NCBI RefSeq assembly: GCF_006345805.1 | Contig: NC_042997.1 | Location: 8,370,001-8,434,000, forward strand | DNA length: 64,000 nucleotides | Origin: Octopus sinensis | Taxonomy: Eukaryota | Reading direction: 5' to 3' | Shown: positions 26,207 to 39,208 of the stretch, one piece after another | Position numbering within the stretch: position 1 is the stretch's first letter | Layout: every line of letters begins with the position of its first letter | Program-made: the position numbers and the translations under genes | Notes under the pieces: generated by a model | Databases searched by the model: none | Told to the model about the DNA's origin: nothing | The model's input: only the letters and a program-made list of their open reading frames with translations

Positions 26207-26594
26207 TGGAAGCACTCCGTCGGTTACGACGATGAGGGTTCCGGTTGATCCGAATCAACGGAACAGCCTGCTCGTGAAATTAACGTGTAAGTGGCTGAGC
26301 ACTCCACAGACACGTGCACCCTTAACGTAGTTCTCGGGGATATTCAGCGTGACACAGAGAGTGACAAGGCCGGCCCCTTGAAATACAGGTACAACAGAAA
26401 CAGGAAGTAAGAGTGAGAGAAAATTGTGGTGAAAGAGTACAGCAGGGATCCCCACCATCCCCTGCCGGAGCCTCGTGGAGCTATTTTAGGTGTTTTCGCT
26501 CAATAAACACTCACAACGCCCGGTCTGGGAATCGAAACCACGATCCTATGACCGCGAGTCCGCTGCCCTAACCACTGGGCCATTGCGCCTCCAC
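26207..26594 (-). mobile_element. SINE family C, full length with 12-bp TSD
   Basis: Reverse complement of the 12968 copy. TSD tgttgcacgata at 26195-26206 and 26595-26606. Confidence 0.92.
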
Positions 26595-27280
26595 TGTTGC
26601 ACGATAAGCCATACTATGACTCTTGTCGTGCCTAGCAAATGAGTTCAGTAAATGGAGCGTCGACGGTATGGTGAAGGTGGCAGTGATAGTGGCAAGAAAT
26701 TATTATCACTTATGTTGATGTTGTAATCATCATCATCATTGATTGAACAGATTTATGGTCAAAAGTATTTCGATAACAATCCTGTCTCTTTCTTTACTGT
26801 GCATAACACTATACCATCCAGTTTCTCTCACCATTTATTAGCACTACAGAGAGGGATATCAGCAAGACATTGCTGTTTCAGACAGTCAAGCAGCTATGTA
26901 GAGGTTTCCAAATGAGTTTTTAAACTAGGATGGGAAGGCAGTGCTCTTTACAGGACCTCAGAAACTGATAGGTTAGAGGAAAATATCATCAAACAGAAGA
27001 CTTCTCATGAAGGCTTTGAAAATAATGGACTCCACTAAAGTAACCCAAGTTACCATCTTGCACCAGATGACGGATTAAGTGTAATACCCAAGAATAAGTT
27101 CCTCGCCTAGCCAGATTAATTTTATATATGTCATATTTTTTTAAAGTTAAGCATGTTGTATTTAAAGGTTAGCTACTGTTTCTAACAGCTCGAGTGAACG
27201 TGTAGAGGCTCCGAAACTATTGCGAGTAACAAACGAAGATATTTCTGTCACCAGTGTAGTTAAGAGCAGGGTAATGTTGG

Positions 27281-27282
27281 TG

Positions 27283-27364
<82 letters not shown>

Positions 27365-27435
27365 GTAGTAGTAGTAGTAGCAGCAGCAGCAGTAGCAGTA
27401 GTAGTAGTAGTAGTAGTAGCAGCAGCAGCAGTAGC

Positions 27436-27469
<34 letters not shown>

Positions 27470-27471
27470 CT

Positions 27472-27509
<38 letters not shown>

Positions 27510-27510
27510 T

Positions 27511-27545
<35 letters not shown>

Positions 27546-27565
27546 TACTAGCAGCAGCAGTGGTA
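27281..27565. repeat. (AGT)n/(AGC)n microsatellite
   Basis: Directly visible; source of the poly-Ser ORF. Confidence 0.95.
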
Positions 27566-28108
27566 GTATGGTGATGATAGTAGTGGCAAGAAATTATTTA
27601 CATCGCTATTGTTGACACTGATGTAATCACTATCACCACCATCATCATCATCATCCTACCCATCATCATCAACATCATCATCATCTTCACCATTATCATC
27701 TTCAAAATTATTGTTACTTTATTCATCCCCACATCCACCACGACCAGCACCATAACCTGATATATAAGTGTTTCAACTTCCATTGCTTCCACACATTGTA
27801 CATGTCAATGTGTCAATGATGTCAGCTGCACATTTCTTGGAAATCCGGAGAGTGTCTTACTGTATTTGGTTTGTTATTTGTCAATGTCTGTTATGCAAGT
27901 GGCTGTTGTTATTTCGTCATGTTATGTTGTTGCTATTTTGTTGTTCTTATTTCTGTTCTTGTTGCTATTCAAATCTATCTTACATCAGCCCTGATAGAGA
28001 AGAATTTCAAACAAGTACATTCTAGTTCTGACCACCTTCTCTCACATTTTTGAACATCTAGGCCTTACATATTACATTGTACCCTTCATTTTAAGACAAT
28101 GTGATGTA

Positions 28109-28295
28109 CTGTATTTTAACATGTATAAGGAACCTTTTTTTTTTTTTTTCTCAAAAATTAGGTTAAAAAAAGATGGGAGTTTCTTATACATGGACAGTAT
28201 TATAATCCCTTACAAAACCTTCTTTCCAAACTTTAAGCCCAAAAAATTAGGGGCTTCCTTTTACAGGACAGTTCCTCATACACGTTAAAATACAG
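28109..28295. mobile_element. pogo/Tc2-like MITE
   Basis: TIRs ctgtattttaacatgtataaggaac / gttcctcatacacgttaaaatacag, flanked by TA on both sides. Confidence 0.78.
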
Positions 28296-28379
28296 TAATA
28301 AGAGTATTATTTATCTGCTATTTTAAGCAAATCAAGCAACTATGCTGTGGAGGTGTATGTGTGAGGCCAAAATTTCATC

Positions 28380-28690
28380 CTCTTTTATCTTCTAATTGGA
28401 CTGTGGCCATGCTGGGGCACCCCATTGAAGAATTTTTAGTTGAATACATCAACCCCAGTGCTTTTTTTTTTAAAACCTGGTACTTATTCAACCAGTCTCT
28501 TTTGCCAAACCGATAAGTTATGGGGATGAAAACACATCAGCACCAGTTTTTAATTTCTTCTTTCAATTTCCACCTCTCAGCTTCCATCTACCAAATCCAA
28601 TAACATGGTTTTAGTTAGCTCAGGGCTACAGTAGAAGACTCTTGCCCAAGCAGTTGAGAAGTAAGCTTCTTACCACATAGCCATGCCTAC
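28380..28690 (-). mobile_element. SINE family A, old CpG-depleted copy
   Basis: gactgtggccatgctggggcac...ctaccaaatcca...cttgcccaag...taccacatagccatgcc. Confidence 0.75.
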
Positions 28691-29763
28691 ATCTATACGT
28701 TTTTCTTTGTAAAGCATCTTTCTTCTTGCTGGTTATTTCTCATTTGTTAGCAACATAATTTCCCTTTACCGTTTATTGCAGTGTGACGGTTGCAAGGGAA
28801 ACATTCTTTCTTACTTTTTTTTAACAAAAAGTACAACAAGGAAATTAAGTAAGAGAAATTTTAGTGTTCACCTCTGCTTCCTCTTCAGTTACATATTCAG
28901 AAGAAATATTTGATCTAAAATTAAGCAAAATGTTAGCGAATGAAATCAAAAATATTTGTTTTCTGTACACAGTAGTTGCAATGCATTTTGCACTACTAAC
29001 TATTTTAACATTGATTCACCAAAATAAATATTGTTACTATGTAACTATGTATTTGAATATATTTCCATTATTGTATTTACATTTTGTGTGTGCGTATGTG
29101 TGTGAGTGTGTGTGTGCATGTGTGTGTGCATATGGATATGTGTTAATGATTTCATCTTTTGTGTAACCTGTAGTTCACCTAACAGGTATCTAGAGAGAAC
29201 AAGCTACCACAGAAAAATTTCAAAAGAAATAGAATAAAGAAAAAAAGATTCTTTAACTTGCTTAGCAATCACTGATAAAAGCAAAAATTGCAGTTCCTCA
29301 CTTCTGAAGTGTTTGAGATACTACAGATGAGCTCCCAAACAATTCAGCAAGCAAACATGATAAAATTAAACATTTTTTTTTTTTTGTTAGGTTTGTTATG
29401 TTACTTCTGTTTTTCATTGTTGCTTAACTCCAGATCAACCCAGATCCAACTCAGACCTATGATCAAAGATTTTCATCACATCCTTTCCCAGACATAGCAT
29501 AAATATATGCATACAAACACACACATATATATGTCTATACATATATGTATGTATATCTATATTTGTCTCTATCCAAATCTGTATATATATATATATATAT
29601 ATATATCTATATCTATATATATATATATATTCATAGATAGATAGAAGGATAAATAAATATTAAAATAGATATATATGTATGTATATATATATGTGTGTAT
29701 ATATATATATATTATATATATATACACACACATATATATATATACACATACACATATATATAC

Positions 29764-29836
<73 letters not shown>

Positions 29837-30282
29837 AATACATACATGTATGTGTGTGTGTGTGAGTGCATGTGTGTGTAAATGATTACATTACCTACTG
29901 TATTCTTCCGATTTTTCACATTGTAGTGTATGATTTGAAGAAACTTTGTCTCTGATTTCTACCACATGGAAAGGCCTTGGTTTGCTAGATTGCTATTGCT
30001 ACTCTTGACATTGGGGATCCCAGATCAACAACGATCAATGATAAAAGTCATTCTGGTCATAAACAGACCCTTTTCCCAAGGGCATACAACACTACAAAAT
30101 GAAATGTATCATTCTGTTATTTAACAAGATGAGGGTGATTTTAGCATCTGACTACGTCAGTTTGTGCATCTATGTATATGAGTGTAAATTAGATTACCAA
30201 ATCACTATCATTTATGATAAAAGATAACATAGCGAGTTAATACAAGGAAGAGGTCCACGAAGCTATTGTCAGACAGAAATAT

Positions 30283-30600
30283 GCTAGCATGGGTTGGACG
30301 GTTTGACTGGGGTCTGGGAAGCCAGAAGGTTGCACCAGGCTCCAGTCTGATCTGGCAGTGTTTCTACAGCTGGATGCCCTTCCTAATGCCATCCACTTCA
30401 TGAGTGTAGTGGGTGCTTTTTACATGCCACCAGCACAGGGGCCAGAGGAGGCTGGCAAACGGCAACAATTGGTCGGTGCATTTTACATGTCACCAACACG
30501 GATGCCTGTCAGGCAGCGCTGGCATCAGCCACATTCCGATGGGGCTTTTTACGTGCCACCAGCACGTATCTTAACTACAATTTCCATTTGATTTTATTTT
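30283..30600 (-). mobile_element. RTE LINE 3' UTR fragment
   Basis: gctagcatgggttggacggtttgactgg...ctacagctggatgcccttcctaa is shared with the 3' UTR of the RTE at 55573-57066. Confidence 0.82.
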
Positions 30601-30633
30601 GATGTTGGTGTTGATGTATATATATATATATAA

Positions 30634-31029
30634 CTAGCAGTATCGCCCGGCGTTGCTCAGGTTTGTAAGGGAAATAACTATATAAGCATTTTTAGAGAGT
30701 TATAGCCAAAAAATAGCAAAAAAATGCATTAAAAATGGAAAAAAATGATGGTAATTTTTTTTTTAAATCGTTGACTCATCGTAGACATTTTTAGAGAGTT
30801 ACTTCCCTTATATAATAGCGAAAAAATGCATTAAAATGGAAAAAAATGATGGTAATTTTTTTTTTAAATCGTAGACTCATTGTAGACATGCGCTAATACC
30901 CAGAAGGGCTCGATATGAATCACGACTATAAGATACCCAGTTTTGGTTAAACTGCACTGCAAAATGTGGGTGTAGTTAGGAATCTAAATCGTAGGAGACA
31001 GACACACAACTTGACTTTTATAAATAAAG

Positions 31030-31030
<1 letters not shown>
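30634..31030 (-). mobile_element. Non-autonomous Helitron
   Basis: Minus strand A|TCtttatttatataaaag...cctgagcaacgccgggcgatactgCTAG|T shows a 5'-TC, subterminal hairpin, 3'-CTAG and AT target with no TSD. Internal ~100-bp tandem duplication. Confidence 0.85.
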
Positions 31031-31065
<35 letters not shown>

Positions 31066-31769
31066 ATATGTATGTATGCATGTTGGTATGTATATATGTG
31101 TGTATGTATGTATGTATGCATAAACTTTCATGTCGTATAGTAAATTGGTCAATGCTTTTTTAAAATTTTCTTTATGTTATACTTGCTTGCATTTCTGTTG
31201 GGAAAAAATAGACGTTGTGCGAAACTGTTTTAGAAGCGAAGAAGGGAAATGTGCGAAGCATTAGTCTCAATATTTACTATTAGTACCATTAGCATCACTT
31301 TATACTTTTTACAACTTAAAAATACATATATGTGGCAGTCATTGATGCAAGCAGTCATGAAGTAAATGAATGGACAAACAAAAATACAACAAAAATAAAG
31401 GCAGAAAACAAAACACTGAACACACCAACCTGTTCATCATCATCATCATCATCATCATTATTATTGTCAGCAACAGCAGTAATAGCAGCAATAAAAACAA
31501 CAAGACCATCTGCTAAAAAAAAAATAATAATAATTTAAGAAGAAAACGGGAAAGATGATGCAAATAAAATATAAGGAGATGCTAAACTTCAAACAAGTGA
31601 AAGAAAGCTTCAAATTGATTAAATGCCAGTTTGAAAGATAAAACTGCATGTGGTTGACAGAAGATTAGAAGCATTTTGGGGAGAGAAAATAAATATTTAG
31701 TATTATACTTTATATTCTTCATTTTATTATATATACATACAAAAACGCAGACACAGATACTCACAAACA

Positions 31770-31872
31770 CTATATATATATGTGTGTGTGTATGTATATA
31801 TGTATGATATTTCTGTAGACACATATGCATATGTGTGTGTGTGTGCATATATATATGTATATATATATATAT

Positions 31873-31917
<45 letters not shown>

Positions 31918-31945
31918 TATATATACATATATATGTATATATATA

Positions 31946-32010
<65 letters not shown>

Positions 32011-32304
32011 TATTATATATATATATATACATACGGGTGTGTATGTATGATATTTCTGTATACATATATGCATATGTGTGTGTGTATATATAATATATAT
32101 ATATATTATATATATATATATATATATGAATATATGCATGTATATATATGTGCTTCCTTCTTTTTAACATTTCATTTTGATCTAAGCATGGCTTTTGTTG
32201 TTGGTGCTGATATTGTTGTATTCTGGTGTAGAAAGAGATCAAGACAGATAGTCAAAGAGGAGAGCACTAGCCATTTCAGTCTTTCTCTCTTCCATTTCTT
32301 CCTC

Positions 32305-32344
<40 letters not shown>

Positions 32345-32479
32345 TTCTCTCTTTTGACATGATATGGAAATTCGAAGCAACATAAACATATAATAAATTC
32401 AACCAATGTGTGTTTGTGCGTGTGTCAGAGAGTGTGTATATATATAACATATATATGTGTATATATATACATACATATA

Positions 32480-32526
<47 letters not shown>

Positions 32527-32631
32527 CATGTACAAGCACATATAAATACAAACATATATACATATATATAAACTATCAATTTATCCGTCTATATATGTGT
32601 ATACATGCACACACAGACACACTCACACACA

Positions 32632-32675
<44 letters not shown>

Positions 32676-33039
32676 TATATATACATATATACATATATAT
32701 ATATATGTATATATATACATATACATATATATACATATATATATATATACACACATACACATATATATAAATATATGCATGTGTATATATGTGTGTGTGA
32801 GTGTGTAGACATATGTAAATGCATTATACATTTATAAGAATAATGGTGACTGTAACTTTGAAGTCAGTGTGCTTGCCTTCCTTGATCTGTCTGAGAGACG
32901 TTTGCAGACTGTAACTTTGAAGTCGCTGTCACCACCCTTCTTATAATGCATAATAAATACCCACAACAAAAAATATTGCGTCAACCTTGAGTTTAATGTT
33001 AAATCGTTTTCTTTTATAACTTGACGTGAAAACAAACAT

Positions 33040-33086
<47 letters not shown>

Positions 33087-33202
33087 TATATAATTTTTTT
33101 TATATATATATATATTATATATATATAATATATATATATATAAATTATATATATATATTATATATATATAATATATATATATATACATATATATATATAA
33201 TT

Positions 33203-33232
<30 letters not shown>
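31770..33232. repeat. Compound (TA)n/(CA)n microsatellite tracts with short unique spacers
   Basis: Directly visible. Confidence 0.85.
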
Positions 33233-33233
<1 letters not shown>

Positions 33234-33234
33234 A

Positions 33235-33642
33235 GGCACAGCCAAAGACGTGTGGTAAGAAGCTTACTTCTCAACCACATGGTCCTGGTTTCAGTCCCAG
33301 TGTGTGGCACCTGAGGTAAGTGTCTTCTACTGTAACATGGCGCTGACCAAAGCCTTGTGAATGGATTTAGTGAATGGAAACTGAAAGAAGCCAGTCATAT
33401 GTATACATATCTAAGAGTGTGTCACTTTGTGTTTGTGTTTGTCTCCCACCACTGCTCGACCACTGGTACAAGTGTGTTTACATCCCCATAATTTAGCAGT
33501 ATGGCGAAAAAGGGACTGATACGATAAGTACAAGGCTTTAAAATATAGGTATAGAGGCCAATCCATTCAACTAAAATTCTTCAAGGCAGTGCCCCAGCAT
33601 GGCCACATCCTGATGACTGGAAAAGGTATAAGATAAAAGATA
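33235..33642 (+). mobile_element. SINE family A, diverged copy
   Basis: ggcacagcc...tgtggtaagaagcttacttctcaaccacatgg...aggcagtgccccagcatggccac. Confidence 0.82.
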
Positions 33643-33667
33643 ATACATATATATATATATATGATAC

Positions 33668-33706
<39 letters not shown>

Positions 33707-33709
<3 letters not shown>

Positions 33710-34225
33710 TCATCATCATCATCATCGTTTAACGTCCGCTTTCCATGCTAGCATGGGTTGGACAATTTTGACTGAGGTCTGGTGAACCAGATGGCTGCAC
33801 GAGGCTCCAATCTTGATCTGGCAGAGTTTCTACAGCTGGATGCCCTTCTTAACACCAACCACTCCGTGAGTGTAGTGGGTGATTTTTACATGCCACAGTA
33901 CAGGGGCCAGTCAGGCGGTACTGGCAACGACCTCACTCGAATCTTTTTATACATGCCACCAGCACAGGTGCCAGTAAGGTGACACTGGTAACGATCACAC
34001 TTGAATGATGCCCTTTTACGAGCCACCAGCACGGAAGCCAGTTGGCTGTTCTGGCAACGATCACGCTCGGATGGTGCTCTTGGCACCCTACTAGCACGGG
34101 CACAAGTGCCAGAAAGGCAACGCTGGTAACGATCACGCTCGAATGGTGCCTTTTATGTGACACCGGCATGGAAGCTGCTTAGCTGCTCTGTCAAACGATC
34201 ACACTCGTATGGTGCTCTTTGCATA
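33707..34225 (-). mobile_element. RTE LINE 3' UTR with (GAT)n tail and ~62-bp internal repeats
   Basis: (atc)n-gtttaacgtccgctttccatgctagcatgggttgg matches the 55573 end. Confidence 0.85.
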
Positions 34226-35079
34226 GATAATCAGTACCTTAGCTTAGATCATGTTTGTAAAAGATAATCCCTGCCCTTATTTATAGCATGTGTCTAAATC
34301 ATGTTAATGTCTTCTGTGTGTTTGTTTTGCCCCACTGAATATATAAATAGGTGACATACATATATAATAATAGTAGGGAATATAATTCCAAAGTTACAGG
34401 GAAAAATTCAATTTAGCAATTCTAAATCAAATTTCCCAATATATGATACATTGAATTATTTAATAGACGTTATTTCTCTTAATTATATATATATATATGT
34501 ATATATACACACAATGTCATCATCATCATTAACATTATCGTCATTGTCACCATCATCATCATTTAACAGCTGTATTCCATGAAAAAATGGAAGAAAAAAT
34601 TGAAGAGAAAAGAATAATCACAGGATATTCTGTAACTTTGATGCATACATTGAAATTAGTAACAGGATGGAAACAATTCAAAAAATCATGTTTTTATTTG
34701 AGACAGAATATAAACCCAGTATCTGAACAGTACCAACTCGTCACCTGTCCTGACACGTCTTTTGCCCCCGTCTCTTGCATTATTGCTCTCTGTATTTTAC
34801 TTTCTGATTCAGGTGCTCTCTTTAATCTTATTCTCTAAATTACCCTTCTTTCTATTCTATGTACCTACTCTACAGCAAGACACTTATCCCTGTCTATCTA
34901 TACCTTTAATCTCTCATCAACAGGCATAAAGACCCACTCCCATATAAGAATTTGATATATATATATAGAGAAATGAGGGGTTTAGTACACTGGTGATCTA
35001 AACGAATAGGTATGCTGATTAAGTGCTGTAACTGGTCATCCATTAGGTTCCAAGTCCACAGCTGAGGCTGGAGCTAGGA

Positions 35080-35330
35080 CTTCATATTAGGCTTCTGTGT
35101 TAGTAGGTATGCATTAGAGGAAAAAGACATCAAAAACCAAGGCATGATGAGTATCTCAAGTCCTGGACCATAATAGACTCTGGCATTCCATACCAAGCCC
35201 AGCATGCCACATGTGGACTCTGCCTGAAAGAAGTCCTCCAAATATTAATTCATAATTCTCAGCAATTATTCAATAAACCACACAAAGTATTTTCTATACA
35301 TAAGCATTAGTTCTTTTGCACCTTTAGATT
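35080..35330 (+). pseudogene. Penelope-like element ORF C-terminus (GIY-YIG region) relic
   Basis: 35158-35308 translates KSWTIIDSGIPYQAQHATCGLCLKEVLQILIHNSQQLFNKPHKVFSIHKH, resembling the PLE C-terminal pattern WxIL...PY...CxLCLxE...LNK...CxH. Confidence 0.6.
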
Positions 35331-35337
35331 TTCCCAT

Positions 35338-35598
35338 GTGGATGCATGTGGCTTAGTGGTTAGGGTGTCAGCATCATGATTGTAAGATTGTGGTTTCGAT
35401 TCCTGGACTGGGTGACGCATTGTGTTCTTGAGCAAAATACTTCATTTCACGTTGCTCCAGTCCACTCAGCTGGCAAAAATGAGTTATGCTGCGATGGACT
35501 GGCGTCCCATCCAGCTGGGAAATACATATGCCATTGAAACAGGAAACCGGGCCCATGAGTCTGGCTAGACTTTAAAAGGGCATGTTTATTTTATTTTT
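35338..35598 (+). mobile_element. SINE family D
   Basis: gcatgtggcttagtggttaggg...ggtttcgattcc head. TSD-like tttagattttccc / tttagattcttcc. Confidence 0.82.
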
Positions 35599-35921
35599 TT
35601 AGATTCTTCCATAGATCCAAATGCAAAATAAACACATATAAAACTTGCCTAGCTCCTTCCACGGTCATTACAATATATGTACCTTTAAACTTTCCTTTCA
35701 TTTTCCTTTCTTCCTTTCCTTTACTTCTCTATCAACATAAGTACTTTAAAAGCTAGCTAGCTTTATTCCTTAAATTTTTAACTTTAAATTCAAAATTTTA
35801 AATTTAACTTTTAACTTTTAAATTTTAATTCTTTAATTCTTTAATTTGTATACTTTACCCATTAATTGTAGCTTTATCCTACATATAACCTCTTAAGCTA
35901 GGCATCTATTTTTAGCTATTT

Positions 35922-37410
35922 TAGCCATGTACAGAGATGCCATCAGTAAGGTGAGGATTGGCAAAGAGTATAGCTAAGAATTCTGGGTAGACATAGGGGT
36001 TCACCAAGGATCAGTCCTCAGCACCCACTTGTTCACCATAGTCTTCCAGGTATTGACAGAGAAATTCAAGACAGGCTGCCCTTGGGAGCTTCTCTTTGCT
36101 GATTACCTTGCTCTAATAGCTGAGTCGCTATCAGAAGTAGAGAAGATTCAGGTGTGGAAGCAAGGTCGAGAATCGAAGGGCCTTACAGTTAACCTAGCAA
36201 AAACCAAAGTCTTAGTATGTAGGAAGGTGAACAAATCACAAATTCCTTCAGGTAGATGGCTCTGCTTGGCCTCTACAAAAATTTTAGGTAGAAACTCTAT
36301 AAGATGTACCCAGCGTAAGCTATGGACACAAAGGAAGGTTAACTGGGAAGATAGCTTTTGTGTGTGGAAGATGCACAGATACAATAAATACCAAAAATGT
36401 ACAGAAAACAGATTCCATCACATGCTAAGAGGAAGAACTAGAAGTAGCTGATAGCTTCCATTACTTGGGTGACCAAGTCAGTAGTGGGGGTGGATGCTCT
36501 GAAAGTATAGCTGCTAGAATAAGAATACGCTTGGCAAAGTTCAGAGAGCTCCTACCTCTGCAGGTAACAAAGGGCCTCTTACTCAGAGTGAAAGGTAGAC
36601 TGCATGATACCTGAGTGTGAACAGCCATGCTACATGGCAGTGAAACATGGGCTGTGACTGGTGAGGATATGTGTAGGCTTGTAAAGAAATGAAGCTAGTA
36701 TGCTCCGCTTGATGTGTAACATCAGTGAGCATACACAACAGAGTGTAAGTGCTCTGAGAGAAAAGTTGTACATAAGAAACATTAGATGTGGTGTGGAAGA
36801 AAGGCAACTGTGCTGGTATGGCCATGTGATGTGTATGGACGAGGACAGCAGTGTGAAGAGGTATCACACCCTAACAGTGGAGGGAACCTGTGGAAGAGGT
36901 AGACCCTGGAAGACAGAGGATCAGATGGTAAAGCACAACCTTCAAACATTGGGCCTCACAGAGGCAATAACAAGCAAATGAGATCTTTGGAGATATGCCA
37001 TGATTGAGAAGACCCAGTAAACCAAGTGAGATCATAGTCATGGTCGATACTTGTGTCACATTACTGGCTCATTTAAAAACATCCTTCAATCTTTGGGTGA
37101 TATGCCGTGCTTGTGAAGACTTGTTGAACTGAGTGAAATCATAGTCATGGCCGATGCCAGTGGCATGTAAAAAGCACCATTCAAGTATAGCCGATGCCAG
37201 TGCTGCTTCACCAACTCCTATGCCAGTGGCACGTAAAAAGCTCCCACTACACTCTCCAAGTGGTTGGTGTTAGGAAGGCTATCCAACTGTAGAAAGCTTG
37301 CCAAATCAGATTGGAACTTCGTTTAGCCTCTTGGCTTCCCAGTTCTCAGTCAACCATCTAACCCATGCCAGCATGCAAAGTGGACGTTAGACTATGATGA
37401 TTATGGATGA
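35922..37410 (+). mobile_element. 5'-truncated, decayed RTE-clade LINE (RT + C-terminus + 3' UTR)
   Basis: GVHQGSVLSTHLFTIVFQVLTEKFKTGCPWELLFADYLALIAES; later LCWYGHVMCM...VEGTCGRGRPWKT; tail ...ggacgttagactatgatgat. Confidence 0.9.
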
Positions 37411-37417
37411 TATATAG

Positions 37418-37468
<51 letters not shown>

Positions 37469-37479
37469 CATATGCGCGT

Positions 37480-37800
37480 GAGGGCACGTGGCTTAGTGGT
37501 TAGGGCATTCGGCTCATGATCGTAAGGTTTGAGTTCGATTCCGGCGACGCGTTGTGTCCTTGAGCAAGACACTTTATTTCATGTTGCTTCCAGTCCACTC
37601 AGCTGGCAAAAATGAGTTGTACTTGTATTTCAAAGGGTCAGCCTTGTCACTCTCTGTGTCACGCTGATTATCCCCGAGAACTACGTTAAGGGTACACGTG
37701 TCTGTGGAATGCTCAGCCACTTGCACGTTAATTTCACGAGCAAGCTGTTCCGTTGATTCGGATCAGCTGGGACCCTCGTCGTCGTAACCGGCGGAGTCTT
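37480..37800 (+). mobile_element. Mosaic SINE: family D head + family C 3' half
   Basis: The 5' half matches 35338 up to cagctggcaaaaatgagtt. The 3' half tgtatttcaaaggg...cgtcgtaaccggcggag matches the 12968 element. Confidence 0.85.
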
Positions 37801-38035
37801 TAAGTCTTTTAACATATGCGCACATATATAATATACACACATGCATACATTATATGTGCACACAAAATGCACAGCTTAATCGAATTTTTTTTTATACCTA
37901 TTTCAATAAATAATATTAAGCTTTGTTAGCTTTTTTTGTGAAAAAATGACATTAGAAATAAATGTCTCAGGTTTTGAGCTTTTCAATTCAGATGATAGCA
38001 CTTGAAACAAGTTAATAATGTAAATCATGGGGAAG

Positions 38036-38101
<66 letters not shown>

Positions 38102-38814
38102 TAGCTGTATAGTGTAGTGCAATTTAAACCTTAAATTGCATGACAAATAACCAGTATTTAGAATCCCCTGTATATTTCCATTAGTGTTGATACAGATCCT
38201 AAGTTTCTGTATGCCGCAGAGAACGTTTAGAAAGTAATATAACACATAAAAGATGGTTTATTTGTTATTAGATTACACCATCTTACGTGCATTTCATTAA
38301 CAATAAATTATTGTTAATTACATAATGTAAATTTGATATGCAAAATGCATTTTCATTCTTTCAGACGCATGTAAACTTTATCCGTAACATTACTAAACTG
38401 TTGACAGAGGAAACTATCATGGGATTAGCAACAATTTGTGTAAATTACACCAGGGAAACAGTTTATAGATGAGTTAGGTAGAGGAAAGCTGCATAATAGG
38501 GAGAGATAAGGGAGAAAGAAGATTATGCTCTCGTAAAGACACAGTAAAGGGATAGTAGACTGCTTTTCTCATCATTTAGTTTATTGGATTTTCAGCACTT
38601 GATTAATAGCAGGTAAGGTGTACATATATACAAAAGTAGAGGTATTTGCCTGTATATTCTAGAGATATACACATGATCACACACACACACATACACATAT
38701 ATACAAGGAGAGATAGGTGTGTATATATATGTGTCTTTGTGTGTGTATATATACCTATATATATTTTTTTTTTACCAGTGAGGGGTGGGGGTCATATACC
38801 AACTAGTGTGCATT

Positions 38815-38859
<45 letters not shown>

Positions 38860-38913
38860 TATTATATATATATAATATATATAATATAATATAAATAATA
38901 TATATATATGCAT

Positions 38914-39208
38914 ATTGAGTGAAAACACCTAAATCTCCACGAGGCTCCGGCAGGGGATGGTGGTGATCCCTGCTGTACTCTTTCACCACAACTTTCTCTC
39001 ACTCTTACTTCCTGTTTCTGTTGTACCTGTATTTCAAAGGGCCGGCCTTGTCACTCTCTGTGTCACGCTGAATATCCCGAGAACTACGTTAAGGGTACAC
39101 GTGTCTGTGGTGTGCTCAGCCACTTACATGTTAATTTCACGAGCAGGCTGTTCCATTGATTCGGATCAACCGGAACCCTCATCGTCGTAACCGACGGAGT
39201 GCTTCCAC
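38914..39208 (+). mobile_element. 5'-truncated SINE family C
   Basis: ttgagtgaaaacacctaaa...gtcgtaaccgacggagtgcttcca. Confidence 0.88.

Larger units (their letters stand above)
25350..26670 (-). pseudogene. Gypsy/Ty3 integrase relic interrupted by two SINE insertions
   Basis: After removing the SINEs the minus strand reads ...AYRATKGMTERFFCQIK...EYLPTVLLSVRTSLKKDLGFIPAELFYGTSLTLFEQMV. This resembles the integrase core and C-terminus consensus AYHPxxNGxVER...LPxVLLGxRxxxKxDLxxSPAExVYG. Confidence 0.75.

Noticed and set aside
28775-28815. ttgcag|tgtgacggttgcaaggga = CDGCKG, like a nuclear-receptor P-box
   Set aside because: It is not followed by FF(R/K)R or a donor site and continues NILSYFF; likely chance.
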